DNA from: a bacterium
GTDB lineage: Bacteria; Patescibacteriota; Patescibacteriia; UBA9934; GWF2-40-263
Direction: 5' to 3'
Assembly (NCBI GenBank): GCA_021789915.1
Contig: JAJYIV010000003.1
Coordinates: 1-62,747 of the forward strand
Length of the DNA stretch: 62,747 nucleotides
Of this stretch, positions 46,353 to 55,524 are shown piece by piece. The stretch's first letter is position 1. Each line of letters begins with the position of its first letter. A program made the translations under genes and the position numbers. The notes below the pieces were generated by a model. It did not search any database. It was not told the DNA's origin and saw only the letters and a list, made by a program, of their open reading frames with translations.

Positions 46353-47335
46353 CCCGCGTCCTCACCGGCCTCCAGCCGAGCGGCCTGCTCCACATCGGCA
46401 ACTACTTCGGCGCGGTGGAACCGATGGTCCGCCTGCAGGGCGAATCCGAGATGTTCATGTTCATCCCGGACTATCACGCCATCACGGTTCCGCAGAAGCC
46501 GGCGGAATTGCGCCGCAACATCCTGTTCGCCACGGCCGTTTATCTCGCCGCCGGCATCGATCCCAAAAAGACCGTGCTCTTCCAACAGTCGGCCGTCTCC
46601 CAACACACGGAGCTCGGCTGGATCCTGAACTGCATCGCCAAGATGGGCGAGCTGGGCCGTATGACGCAATTCAAGGACAAATCGACGGGCAAAGGAGAGA
46701 ACGTGTCCGTCGGCTTGTTCGACTACCCCGTCCTCATGGCCGCGGACATCCTGCTATACGACACGCAGGCCGTGCCGGTCGGCGCGGACCAGAAGCAGCA
46801 CGTCGAGCTGGCGCGCGACCTCGCGATCCGTTTCAACAAAACGTTCGGCGACACCTTCGTCGTGCCGGAGCCGCTCATCCGCAAGGAAGGGGCGCGTCTC
46901 ATGGGTCTTGATTCGACGGAGAAAAAGATGTCCAAATCCGCCGCCAGCCCGAAGAACTACATTTCCTTGATGGACGACGCCGCCGCGGTCGAGAAAAAGA
47001 TCAAGGCGGCCGTCACGGATTCGGGCACGGAAGTGAAAGCCGGCCCCAACCGTCCCGCCCTGACGAACCTGCTGACGATCTTCTCGCTCGTTTCCGGCAA
47101 AACGGTCGCGGAATTGGAAAAGAACCACGAAGGCAAAGAGTACGGCGCGTTCAAGACGGACCTTGCCGAGGCCGTGAATGCCTGGTCGGCGCCGCTGCAG
47201 ATGAAGATCAGGGAGCTGCTCGCCGACGAGGCGGCGCTCGTCGCCGTGCTCAAAGCGGGAGCCGAGAAAGCCCGCGTGGTCGCGGAGAAAAAGATGCAGG
47301 CGGTGCGGACGAAGATCGGGGTAGCGTTGACATAA
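46349..47335 (+). CDS. trpS: tryptophan--tRNA ligase
   Basis: GLQPSGLLHIGNYFGA (HIGH-type) and KMSKS. The start is trimmed from the track ORF at 45968. Confidence 0.95.
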   Translation: MTRVLTGLQPSGLLHIGNYFGAVEPMVRLQGESEMFMFIPDYHAITVPQKPAELRRNILFATAVYLAAGIDPKKTVLFQQSAVSQHTELGWILNCIAKMGELGRMTQFKDKSTGKGENVSVGLFDYPVLMAADILLYDTQAVPVGADQKQHVELARDLAIRFNKTFGDTFVVPEPLIRKEGARLMGLDSTEKKMSKSAASPKNYISLMDDAAAVEKKIKAAVTDSGTEVKAGPNRPALTNLLTIFSLVSGKTVAELEKNHEGKEYGAFKTDLAEAVNAWSAPLQMKIRELLADEAALVAVLKAGAEKARVVAEKKMQAVRTKIGVALT

Positions 47336-47362
47336 GGTTCATTCCCTGCTATCTTCCCTTTT

Positions 47363-47840
47363 GTCTCCGGACTGCCGGACGGCCGCTTCGTCTCGTAAGA
47401 GGCGGAGAGGAAAGTCCGAACACCGCGCGCATCGCAAGGTGCGCGATACCCCGCCTGCTTGCAGGCGGGGTGGAAGGTCGCTAACGGCGACCGGGCATAC
47501 GATTCAAGGCTCGCGGCATTGGAGAAATCTGTGCCGAGATTCTTGAAACAAAACCCAGGGATTAGTACCACAGAGACAATTCTGGCTATTGGCTGTTGGC
47601 TTCTGGCTTTTGGCCCGAAGGAAAACGCAATGGCAAAAGGTGAAAAGTGCGCCGATGTCCTTCTGGGCTACGGCGTTCGTCCCGCGGCGACGCGGAGACG
47701 TGGCAAACCCCTTCCGGTGCAAGAGCAAGTTTTGGTAGCTCGCTTGAGCCGTCCAGCAATGGCCGGCCTAGAGAGATGGCCGTCTCCCCGGTCGCAAGAT
47801 CGGGATAGACAAAATTCGGCTTACAGGCATCGCCGGAGAC
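47363..47840 (+). ncRNA. rnpB: RNase P RNA, bacterial type A, enlarged
   Basis: P1 pairing gtctccgg/ccggagac; GAGGAAAGTCCG (47407-47418); GGTCGCTAACGGCGACC (P8-like); AAAAGGTGAAAAGTGCGCC; ACAAAATTCGGCTTAC (47809-47824). Confidence 0.85.
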
Positions 47841-47843
47841 GAC

Positions 47844-47872
47844 AAAAACCTTCGCGTCGTGCGAAGGTTTTT
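47844..47872 (+). terminator. intrinsic terminator after rnpB
   Basis: aaaaaccttcgc-gtcgt-gcgaaggttttt. Confidence 0.75.
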
Positions 47873-47892
47873 GCTATGATGGGCGCGATTCT

Positions 47893-49302
47893 ATGAAACG
47901 GTCGGAACTGTTCTTCACCCTTCTGTTGGTGCCGGTTGATTTCGTCATGATCGTGCTGGCCGCTTCCGCGGCATACGTTTCGCGCTTTCTCCCCGTCTTC
48001 ACCAGCGTCCGCCCCGTCATCTTCGACCTCACCTACGCGCGCTACCTGGCCGTCGTCGTCCCCGTCGCCTTCGTGTGGATCGCCGTGTTCGCATTTTCAG
48101 GCCTGTATTCCACGCGCCGCCGCTCCATCGGAGCGGAGCTGTCGCGCGCGGCGCTGGCCTGTTCCTCGGCCATGGCGGCCGTGTTCGCCATCCTGTTTTT
48201 CTCGCGCACGTTCTTCGACTCGCGTTTCATCGCCGTGGCGGCCTGGCTCCTCTCCATCGCGTTCGTCGGCGCCGGGCGCGTCGCCGTCCGCGTCCTGCAG
48301 CGCCTGCTGCTGCGCGCGGGCGTGGGCGAGCATCGGATCGTCCTGATCGGAGAAACGCGCGGGGCGGCCATCCTGTCCAGGCTGTTCGCGCGGCGCAATG
48401 AATTGGGATTGCGCGTCGTCGCCGCGTTCCCCGCCTTCACGGGAACCGTGGCGGACAGCGTCCGCAAGATGAAGCGCGCCGACCGTGCGGACGAGATTTG
48501 GCTGGCGGATCCGGAAGCCTCGCGCGCCGCGGCGCTCGAGCTGCTGGAATTCACGGACACCGAGCACCTGGGCTTCACCTACACGGCGGATTTTTTTTCC
48601 GCGGCGGTAGGGCGATCCGTTCAGCACTCGTATGCCGGCATCCCCGTGATCGAGGTGCGCAAGACGCCGCTGGACGGCTGGGGCGCCATCTACAAGCGCC
48701 TGTTCGACATCGTCGGCTCCCTTGCGCTCATCATCCTGACGTCGCCGATCATGCTGTTGGTGGCGCTCGCCGTCGCGCTGGATTCAGGCTTCCCGGTCTT
48801 TTGGAGCCGGCTGGACGACGGGGCGCCGGCCATGCGCATCGGCCAAGGCGGCAAGCCGTTCCGGTATTTCAAATTCCGCTCGATGAAGCCGGGGACCCAT
48901 TTGATGCGCTACAGGGAGCTGGCGCACCTGGACACGCGCCACGGGCCCCTGGTCAAGACAAAAAACGACCCCCGCATCACGCGGGTCGGGCATTTCATCC
49001 GCCCATTCAGCTTGGACGAGCTGCCGGAATTCTTTCTGGTCTTCGTCGGACGCATGTCTCTGGTGGGTCCGCGGCCGCATCTGCCGGAAGAAGTCGCCGC
49101 CTACCAGCCGCTGCAGCGCAAGGCGCTGACGGTGAAGCCCGGCATCACGGGCCTGGCGCAGGTGAGCGGCCGCGCGGATCTTTCGTTCGACGAGGAAGTG
49201 ACGCTCGACATCCGTTACATCGAGCACTGGTCGCCCTGGCTGGATTTCTACATCCTGCTCAAAACGCCGCTTGTCGTCCTTTCGCGCAAGGGAGCGTCGT
49301 GA
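47893..49302 (+). CDS. polyprenyl-phosphate glycosyl-1-phosphate transferase (WbaP/EpsL-type bacterial sugar transferase)
   Basis: N-terminal TM helices and the C-terminal motif KFRSM...DPRITRVGHFIRPFSLDELPEFFLVFVGRMSLVGPRP. Confidence 0.85.
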   Translation: MKRSELFFTLLLVPVDFVMIVLAASAAYVSRFLPVFTSVRPVIFDLTYARYLAVVVPVAFVWIAVFAFSGLYSTRRRSIGAELSRAALACSSAMAAVFAILFFSRTFFDSRFIAVAAWLLSIAFVGAGRVAVRVLQRLLLRAGVGEHRIVLIGETRGAAILSRLFARRNELGLRVVAAFPAFTGTVADSVRKMKRADRADEIWLADPEASRAAALELLEFTDTEHLGFTYTADFFSAAVGRSVQHSYAGIPVIEVRKTPLDGWGAIYKRLFDIVGSLALIILTSPIMLLVALAVALDSGFPVFWSRLDDGAPAMRIGQGGKPFRYFKFRSMKPGTHLMRYRELAHLDTRHGPLVKTKNDPRITRVGHFIRPFSLDELPEFFLVFVGRMSLVGPRPHLPEEVAAYQPLQRKALTVKPGITGLAQVSGRADLSFDEEVTLDIRYIEHWSPWLDFYILLKTPLVVLSRKGAS

Positions 49303-49312
49303 ACGGAAGGGT

Positions 49313-49350
49313 TGACACCGCAGGAACGCCAAGTATGATGTCATCATACT
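49313..49350 (+). promoter_or_regulatory. promoter with an overlapping palindromic operator for the ParD/RelE pair
   Basis: TTGACA, a ~16-nt spacer, then TATGAT. gtatgatg-t-catcatac is a perfect 8-bp inverted repeat overlapping the -10. Coordinates are +/-1-2 nt. Confidence 0.55.
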
Positions 49351-49360
49351 ATTTCTTCTT

Positions 49361-49582
49361 ATGTCCACGCTTTCCATTCCCTTGCCGGCCGCGCTTGAAG
49401 CATTCGTCGAACAAGCGGTGAGGCGGGGCGTCGCCCCCAACAAGGCCGAAGTCGTGCGCCAGGCGCTCGCCCGCTACGCGGAGGACCAGGCCGTGGAACA
49501 GGTGCTGCGCGCCGAACAGGAACTCAAAGAGGGAAAGATCCTGCGAGGCAATCTGAAGGCTCTGATACGCGCCCTTCCGTAA
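49361..49582 (+). CDS. ribbon-helix-helix antitoxin (ParD/CopG-like)
   Basis: LSIPLPAALEAFVEQAVRRGVAPNKAEVVRQALARY is a typical RHH N-terminus. It lies 6 nt upstream of the toxin ORF. Confidence 0.7.
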   Translation: MSTLSIPLPAALEAFVEQAVRRGVAPNKAEVVRQALARYAEDQAVEQVLRAEQELKEGKILRGNLKALIRALP

Positions 49583-49588
49583 CGGCAT

Positions 49589-49855
49589 ATGGAGATCTGT
49601 TACTCGCCGACATTCATCCGGCTGCTGAAGGCGCTTCCGCCGGCCGTGCGGGAAGAAGCGGTCGAGCGGATCGAATGGTTCAAGCGGCCGGACCGGCGCG
49701 CGGCTCTGAAAATCCACAAGCTCAAGGGACGGCTCAAGGGGCGTCTCAGCTTTTCGGTGAACTACCGTTTCCGCGTCGTCTTCACGTATCTGAGGAAGAA
49801 CCCGCGGACGGCATTCCTGTTGGCGATCGGCGACCATTCCGTGTACGACGCCTGA
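49589..49855 (+). CDS. RelE/ParE-superfamily toxin
   Basis: 88 aa. KIHKLKGRLKGRLSFSVNYRFRVVF...IGDHSVY matches the RelE/ParE pattern. Confidence 0.7.
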   Translation: MEICYSPTFIRLLKALPPAVREEAVERIEWFKRPDRRAALKIHKLKGRLKGRLSFSVNYRFRVVFTYLRKNPRTAFLLAIGDHSVYDA

Positions 49856-49930
49856 CGCCGCGTCTCAGGAACCGGTTTGAAAAACCGCCCACGTTCCAGC
49901 GTTTGGAACGGGGGCGTTGTCGTCAGAACG

Positions 49931-50722
49931 TCAATCCGTGAAGAGGCCATCAACGGCCCGCGCGTAGGCCAGAACCTTTTGCATGTCCAGGCGGTCGTCC
50001 GCGTCGCGCAGCCTTCCTTCCGCGTCGATGGAGAGGAACGGGAAGCGCCTCACGAGCGGCGCGAGCGCGGGCAGCGTCTCCGCGCACAGCCCGCCCGCGA
50101 CGCCGATGCCCAGATCGGCGTACGCTTCGGCCGCCGCCTCGACGAAGGGCGCAACGGCTTCGGCATCGATCTCCTTCCCTTCGCCGCCGCTTGCGTCGAA
50201 CAGCACGTCCGTGACGAGGCCCGACGCGACATAGGTCGCCAGTCGCGCGATGACGCCCTGCGGCGTCCCTCCGGCCTGCTCCACCGCACGGCGGTTGATC
50301 TGCAGGACGATGCGGCGGCGCCCTTTGCAGACAGCCGCGAGCCGCGGCGTGATGGGCGGCCACGCGACGTTGAGCTGGAAGCCGCCAAACCTGCCGACCG
50401 CCGCACAGACGGCCTCGAGCTGCTCGCCGAGCGTCTCCGCGTCGTCGGTGGCGTAGTGCACCAGGCACAAGACCCGCAAAAGGATCTCCAGTCCGTCATC
50501 CGGCGAACCCCAGGCGAGGATATCGGCGATCTCGCCGGCGGCCGGATATCGATTCGGCCTTCGCACCGAGATGGGAGGATTCGCAAACGTCTTGGCGCTT
50601 GCCAAGACGCCGACGGCGACGTCGCGGACGCCGTCGGGAAACCGGAGGACAGCCGCCCGGACTTCTTCGCGGCTCATGAAGCCGGTTATCCCGATGTACG
50701 GGCACGGATTTGAAGGAAACAT
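49931..50722 (-). CDS. phosphoribosylanthranilate-isomerase-like (TrpF-like) TIM-barrel protein
   Basis: YIGITGF, LFDASGGEGKEID, GVAGGLCAETL and SIDAEGRLRD parallel the TrpF motifs (CGIT, LDS..GGTGK.FDW, AGGL.PENV, DVSSGVE). No other trp genes are in the window. Confidence 0.5.
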   Translation of the reverse strand: MFPSNPCPYIGITGFMSREEVRAAVLRFPDGVRDVAVGVLASAKTFANPPISVRRPNRYPAAGEIADILAWGSPDDGLEILLRVLCLVHYATDDAETLGEQLEAVCAAVGRFGGFQLNVAWPPITPRLAAVCKGRRRIVLQINRRAVEQAGGTPQGVIARLATYVASGLVTDVLFDASGGEGKEIDAEAVAPFVEAAAEAYADLGIGVAGGLCAETLPALAPLVRRFPFLSIDAEGRLRDADDRLDMQKVLAYARAVDGLFTD

Positions 50723-50826
50723 GGAACCCTTTTCCCTTCCCAAGGAGGAACTATTTCCTCTGGAGGAAGGGTTCAAGTGTAGGAGGGTTTTGCGCTCCGC
50801 GTCAACTGTTGTAAGGTGATGCCCGC

Positions 50827-51933
50827 ATGAAACTTGCGATCGTCCACGACCATTTGTCCCAAAACGGCGGGGCGGAACAGGTGCTTTCGGTCATCCAGCG
50901 GATCTGGCCCGAGGCGCCGACCTTCACGTTGTTTTTCGATCCGGACCGGTTCCCGGATTTCGCCGGACGCGACATCCGCACGTCTTTTTTGCAGCGCGCG
51001 CCGTTCATCAAATCCAAATACCAGTGGTACGTTGGGCTCATGCCGACGGCCACCGAATCGTACGACTTGAGCGCCTTCGACGTCGTCATCAGCAACGCCT
51101 CCGCCTTCAGCAAGGGCGTGCTGGTGCGGCCGGGCGCGCTGCATGTGTGCTACTGCCACACGCCGACGCGCTATCTGTGGGTGAACCCGCACAGCTACGT
51201 GCAGGAATTGCGCGCTCCGGGCGCCGTGAAGGCGCTGCTGCCGCCGCTGTTGTCGCATCTCCGCCAATGGGACCGCCAAGCCGCCGAGCGGCCGCACGTC
51301 ATGTTGGCGAACTCGCGCGGCGTGCAGGAGCGCATCCGTGCCTTTTACGCCCGCGACAGCGTCCTGTTGCATCCGCCCGTGGAGACGTCGCGCTTCACGG
51401 TTTCGGATGCGCCGAAAACGTATTTCCTGGCCGGCGGACGCCTGGTCTCCTACAAGCGTTTCGACCTCATCGTGGAAGCGTGCAACCGTCTCGGTCTGCC
51501 GCTGAAGATTTTCGGCACGGGGCCCGTGGAGGAAGCGCTGCGCGCGCAAGCGGGAAGCACGGTGGAGTTCCTGGGCTATGTGCCGGATGAAGACCTGCCC
51601 GCGCTCTACGCCGGTGCCAAGGCCTTCATCCATCCGCAGGAAGAAGATTTCGGCATCACGGCCGTGGAATCGATGGCGGCGGGCCGGCCGGTGATCGCGT
51701 ACGCGAAAGGCGGGGCGCTGGAGACGGTTGTCGAGGGAAAAACGGGCATGCTGTTCGACCGGCAGGATTGGGAGACGCTCGCGGACGTCCTGCTTGGATT
51801 CGACGAGCACGCCTTCGATCCGCAAGCCATCCGGACCCACGCGCAGGCGTTCGATACGGCGCGTTTCGTGCGCGGCCTGAAGGAATTGGTCGACGCGGCG
51901 TGGGAAGAAAGGCGGCGCCTATGCGCATCCTGA
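50827..51933 (+). CDS. GT4-family glycosyltransferase
   Basis: Glycos_transf_1 C-terminal domain with EDFGITAVESMAAGRPVI (EX7E). Confidence 0.85.
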   Translation: MKLAIVHDHLSQNGGAEQVLSVIQRIWPEAPTFTLFFDPDRFPDFAGRDIRTSFLQRAPFIKSKYQWYVGLMPTATESYDLSAFDVVISNASAFSKGVLVRPGALHVCYCHTPTRYLWVNPHSYVQELRAPGAVKALLPPLLSHLRQWDRQAAERPHVMLANSRGVQERIRAFYARDSVLLHPPVETSRFTVSDAPKTYFLAGGRLVSYKRFDLIVEACNRLGLPLKIFGTGPVEEALRAQAGSTVEFLGYVPDEDLPALYAGAKAFIHPQEEDFGITAVESMAAGRPVIAYAKGGALETVVEGKTGMLFDRQDWETLADVLLGFDEHAFDPQAIRTHAQAFDTARFVRGLKELVDAAWEERRRLCAS

Positions 51934-53114
51934 TCGACGGACGACATCTGACGCGGCCGCCGTACAGCGGCGTGGGGGAATACACGACGCAGCTCCTCCG
52001 CGCCCTTTTTTCGATCAGCACCCAGGACACGTTCACCATCTTGACGACCGGGCGCGCGCGCCTGCCGGACGGCCTGCTTGGACCGCTGCCGCAAAACGTC
52101 TCCGTGCGCCACGTTCCGGTTCCAAATCGGCTGTTGACGCTTTCGATGGCGGCGGCGGGAAAGCCGACCTTGGATGCGCTCGCGGTCCGTCCAGCCGCAG
52201 GGCAGGCGCGGGGGCCTGCCCCTACAGAAACAGCGCGGTTCGACGTCGCGTTCATGCCGAACCTCGCCGTCGGCGCGCCGTCCGCGCGCGTGCCGTACGT
52301 CGTGATGCTCCACGACCTGTCGTGGAAGCTGTTCCCGACGTTTTATCCGGCGCGCATGCGCCTGTGGCACCATTTGGTGCGGCCCGCGCGCCTGCTCGGC
52401 GGCGCCGCGGCCGTCCTCACGCCCTCCGCGCACGCCGCGCGCGACGCGGCGCGTCTGCTCGGCCTGCCGCCCGAGCGCCTGCGCGCGATGCCGCACGGCG
52501 TCAACCCCGCGTTCCAGCCGCGCGCGCTGCCCACGGACAGCGGCGTGCGCTCGCGCCTGCGCCTGCCGCGCCGCTTCGCTTTGTCCGTCGGCAGCTTGGA
52601 GCCGCGCAAAAACCTCGTGGCCGCCGTCGATGCGGTCGCCGCGTATCGGGCGCGCACGCGCGACGATCTGCGCTTCGTGCTGGCCGGTCCGCGCGGATGG
52701 AACACGGACGCGCTTGAAGCGCGGCTGCGCCGGGCGGACGCGCGCGCGTTCGCCCGGCGGCTCGGGCCCGTGTCGCGCGACGATCTTGCGGCGCTGTACC
52801 GGATGGCGGACGTGCTGCTGTGGCCGTCGATCTACGAGGGCTTCGGGCTGCCCGTGCTGGAGGCGATGGCGTCGGGCCTGCCCGTCATCACCAGCCACGC
52901 GTCGTCGCTGCCGGAGCTTGCGCTCGATGCCGCCGTGCTGGTGAACCCGTTCGACCAGGCAGAGATCGCCGCGGCGCTGGAGGAAGTGATGGGCTCGGAC
53001 GCGCTGCGCGCGCGGATGCGGACGCGCGGATTGGCCCGCGCGGCGGCGTTCACGTGGGAATCTTCGGCGCGCGCGACGCTCGCGGCGCTGCGCGAGGCGG
53101 CGCAAGCGTCGTAA
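51921..53114 (+). CDS. GT4-family glycosyltransferase
   Basis: MRILIDGRHL...; EGFGLPVLEAMASGLPVI. It overlaps the upstream GT by 13 nt. Confidence 0.85.
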   Translation: MRILIDGRHLTRPPYSGVGEYTTQLLRALFSISTQDTFTILTTGRARLPDGLLGPLPQNVSVRHVPVPNRLLTLSMAAAGKPTLDALAVRPAAGQARGPAPTETARFDVAFMPNLAVGAPSARVPYVVMLHDLSWKLFPTFYPARMRLWHHLVRPARLLGGAAAVLTPSAHAARDAARLLGLPPERLRAMPHGVNPAFQPRALPTDSGVRSRLRLPRRFALSVGSLEPRKNLVAAVDAVAAYRARTRDDLRFVLAGPRGWNTDALEARLRRADARAFARRLGPVSRDDLAALYRMADVLLWPSIYEGFGLPVLEAMASGLPVITSHASSLPELALDAAVLVNPFDQAEIAAALEEVMGSDALRARMRTRGLARAAAFTWESSARATLAALREAAQAS

Positions 53115-53173
53115 CGACGAAAAAAGGCCGGGGAGCGATGGATGCTCCGCGGCCTCGAGGGTTTCGTCTTCGC

Positions 53174-54091
53174 CTACGCGCTTTCCGGCGGATCCGTCGG
53201 CGTCTCTTCCGGCGGCACGACCGACAGCGCGGGTGGGTTGCCCTCGGCCGGCTTGGTCATCGCCGCCTTCCAGTCACGAGCGCGCTTTTCCTCCTCGCGC
53301 CGCGCGGCCAACTGCCCGTCTGCGACGTGCAGGAATTCATGCACGCGTCCTGCGTCAACGAGCCTCCCCATCGCCTCGACGACCATCCCCTTGGCTTCGG
53401 CCACACCCTTGCTCGGCGCCGTCGCTTTCGACTCGGCCAGCAAGGCGGCAACCGCAGCCAAGTTCTCCGCCGCCTCACACATGCTCCTCATCTTCCCCGA
53501 CACGGTTTGATTCGCCTGATCGAGATTCGCCTGCAGATTGCGCACGACCTCGCCGTTCCTCGCCGCCATTCGATCGGTCTCACTGCGGACCAGGAATCGG
53601 ATGAGGCTGCGAACGAGCGCCAGACAGACGAGGACCATGACGACGCCGGCGCCAATCGTTCCGGCCCGACTATCCTCGAGGGAAGCGGTCAAACGCCAGA
53701 ACGCGGGCCACGCCCATGCGGCGGCCGCTTCGATGCCGATCACCAGCCACCACCAAACGACGACGGCAACATCTGGCAGAACGACCTCGCGGAGGAAATT
53801 CTCCGCGTATCTCCCGCGTCCGAACAAGCGAACTTTCACCCAGTCGGCCGCGTCGTACGACACGTGCAGGGACGCCTTGAGCAGCGGAAACGGCTCCCGC
53901 ACGCGCACGTTGACGAGCCCGATTCCCGCGATCACGACAACCGCGAGCGCGCAGAGAACGAGCCACGCGACGTGGCCGCCGTCGATGCGCGGCGAGAAGA
54001 ACATCGCCGCCGCCGCGAGCATCGCCGCGAGGACGATGCGCGTCTTCCAGCCGATCAAGCTTTCCTGCCTCTTCTTCTCTTCGCTTGCCAT
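53174..54091 (-). CDS. hypothetical membrane protein with a C-terminal coiled coil
   Basis: About five TM helices, then a helical tail. The start is trimmed to MASEEKK. Confidence 0.5.
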   Translation of the reverse strand: MASEEKKRQESLIGWKTRIVLAAMLAAAAMFFSPRIDGGHVAWLVLCALAVVVIAGIGLVNVRVREPFPLLKASLHVSYDAADWVKVRLFGRGRYAENFLREVVLPDVAVVVWWWLVIGIEAAAAWAWPAFWRLTASLEDSRAGTIGAGVVMVLVCLALVRSLIRFLVRSETDRMAARNGEVVRNLQANLDQANQTVSGKMRSMCEAAENLAAVAALLAESKATAPSKGVAEAKGMVVEAMGRLVDAGRVHEFLHVADGQLAARREEEKRARDWKAAMTKPAEGNPPALSVVPPEETPTDPPESA

Positions 54092-54396
54092 GGTCGAACT
54101 CCTTCTCTGATCCGCCGGAGGCGGACAGAAGGCGGCTTCGGCGCCGACGCGACGGTCCGCAGGGACCTCGGAACACGGCCACCCGGCCGTTCCCTTCCGC
54201 GCGCGCCTCGGCCGATTTTCCAAGCGTACATGCGTGGCAGCCCGCGGCCGCCCGCGCACGCGCGCGTCCTATCACGAAAAACCGGCTCTGTCAAGGCGCC
54301 GCGCGCCAAAACCTTCGGCTACCAACAGGTTATCCACAAGCGTAGACAGACGAAAATCGGGCGACTTGCGTCCGGTTATTTGGTATGATGACGGGC

Positions 54397-55524
54397 ATGA
54401 AGATCGGTATCGACGCACGAATGTACGGACCAGCCGTCGGGGGCGGCGGCATCGGACGGTACGTGCAAGAGCTCGTCACCTTTCTTCCTGCGTGCGACGG
54501 ATTTCCTCCGTGCGTCGCGTTCGTCAAGCCGGAGAACGCCGACGCCCTGCCTGGCGGCTATGAAAAGCGCGTGGTGGACGTACATTGGTACACGCTGCGC
54601 GAGCAGATCGCCCTGCCGCGCGTGATCGACCGCGAGCGCCTCGATCTCGTGCACATCCCGCACTGGAACGTCCCGCTGGCGCTGCGCACGCCGTTCGTCG
54701 TCACCATCCACGATCTGATCCTGCTCGACGAGCCGCGCTCCGCCCGCGCCACCACGCGCCATCCGCTCGTGTTCGCCCTCAAGCAGGCGGGCTTCCGCCG
54801 CGTCCTGCGCCACGCGCTGTTCGCCTCGCGGCGCGTCATCGCCGTGTCGGAGGCTACCAAGCGGAGCATCCTGCGCCATTTTCCCGCCCTGCCGCCGGAA
54901 AAGATCGACGTGATCTACGAGGGCGTGACGGCGCTGCCCTCGCCGGACGAAAGCGCCGCCGCGCCGAAGCCGTACCTGCTCTCCGTCGGCAATGCGTACC
55001 CGCACAAGAACCTCGAGGCGCTCCTGCGCGCCTTCCGGCTCGCACGCGAAGCGCATCCCGGCGTGCGGCTTGTTCTGGCCGGCCGCGATGACGTATTCGC
55101 GCGGCGCCTGAGCGCTTCGCCGGAAGCGCGCGCGCTGGGCGACGCCTTCATCTTCGTCCCGAATCCGACGGACGCGCAGCTGGCCGCCCTCTATCAAAAA
55201 GCCGCGGGGTACGTCTATCCGTCGCGCCTGGAGGGCTTCGGCCTGCCGCCTTTGGAAGCGATGAGCCAGGGCGCGCCGGTCGCCGCCGCGCGCGCGGGTT
55301 CGCTGCCGGAAGTGCTGGGCGACGCGGCGCGGTTCTTCGACCCGCGGGACGAGCGCGACATGGCGCGCGCGCTTGAAGACCTTGTCGGAGACGCCGGCCT
55401 GCGCCGCGCGCTCGTCGAGCGAGGATTCGCCCGCGTCCGGCGCTACTCCTGGCGGCGCATGGCGGAGGAAACCCTGGCGTCGTATCGGCGCGCGCTCGAA
55501 AGATCGAACCCATGCGACCTGTAG
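54397..55524 (+). CDS. GT4-family glycosyltransferase
   Basis: MKIGIDARMYG...; EGFGLPPLEAMSQGAPV. Confidence 0.85.
   Translation: MKIGIDARMYGPAVGGGGIGRYVQELVTFLPACDGFPPCVAFVKPENADALPGGYEKRVVDVHWYTLREQIALPRVIDRERLDLVHIPHWNVPLALRTPFVVTIHDLILLDEPRSARATTRHPLVFALKQAGFRRVLRHALFASRRVIAVSEATKRSILRHFPALPPEKIDVIYEGVTALPSPDESAAAPKPYLLSVGNAYPHKNLEALLRAFRLAREAHPGVRLVLAGRDDVFARRLSASPEARALGDAFIFVPNPTDAQLAALYQKAAGYVYPSRLEGFGLPPLEAMSQGAPVAAARAGSLPEVLGDAARFFDPRDERDMARALEDLVGDAGLRRALVERGFARVRRYSWRRMAEETLASYRRALERSNPCDL

Noticed and set aside
50735-50773. Hairpin cccttcccaaggagg...cctctggaggaaggg as another copy of the DUF559-associated element.
   Set aside because: It shares only the ccaaggagg core. It lacks the C7/G7 stem and the ggttgcc terminus. 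It is more likely a local RBS-occluding hairpin of the TrpF-like gene.
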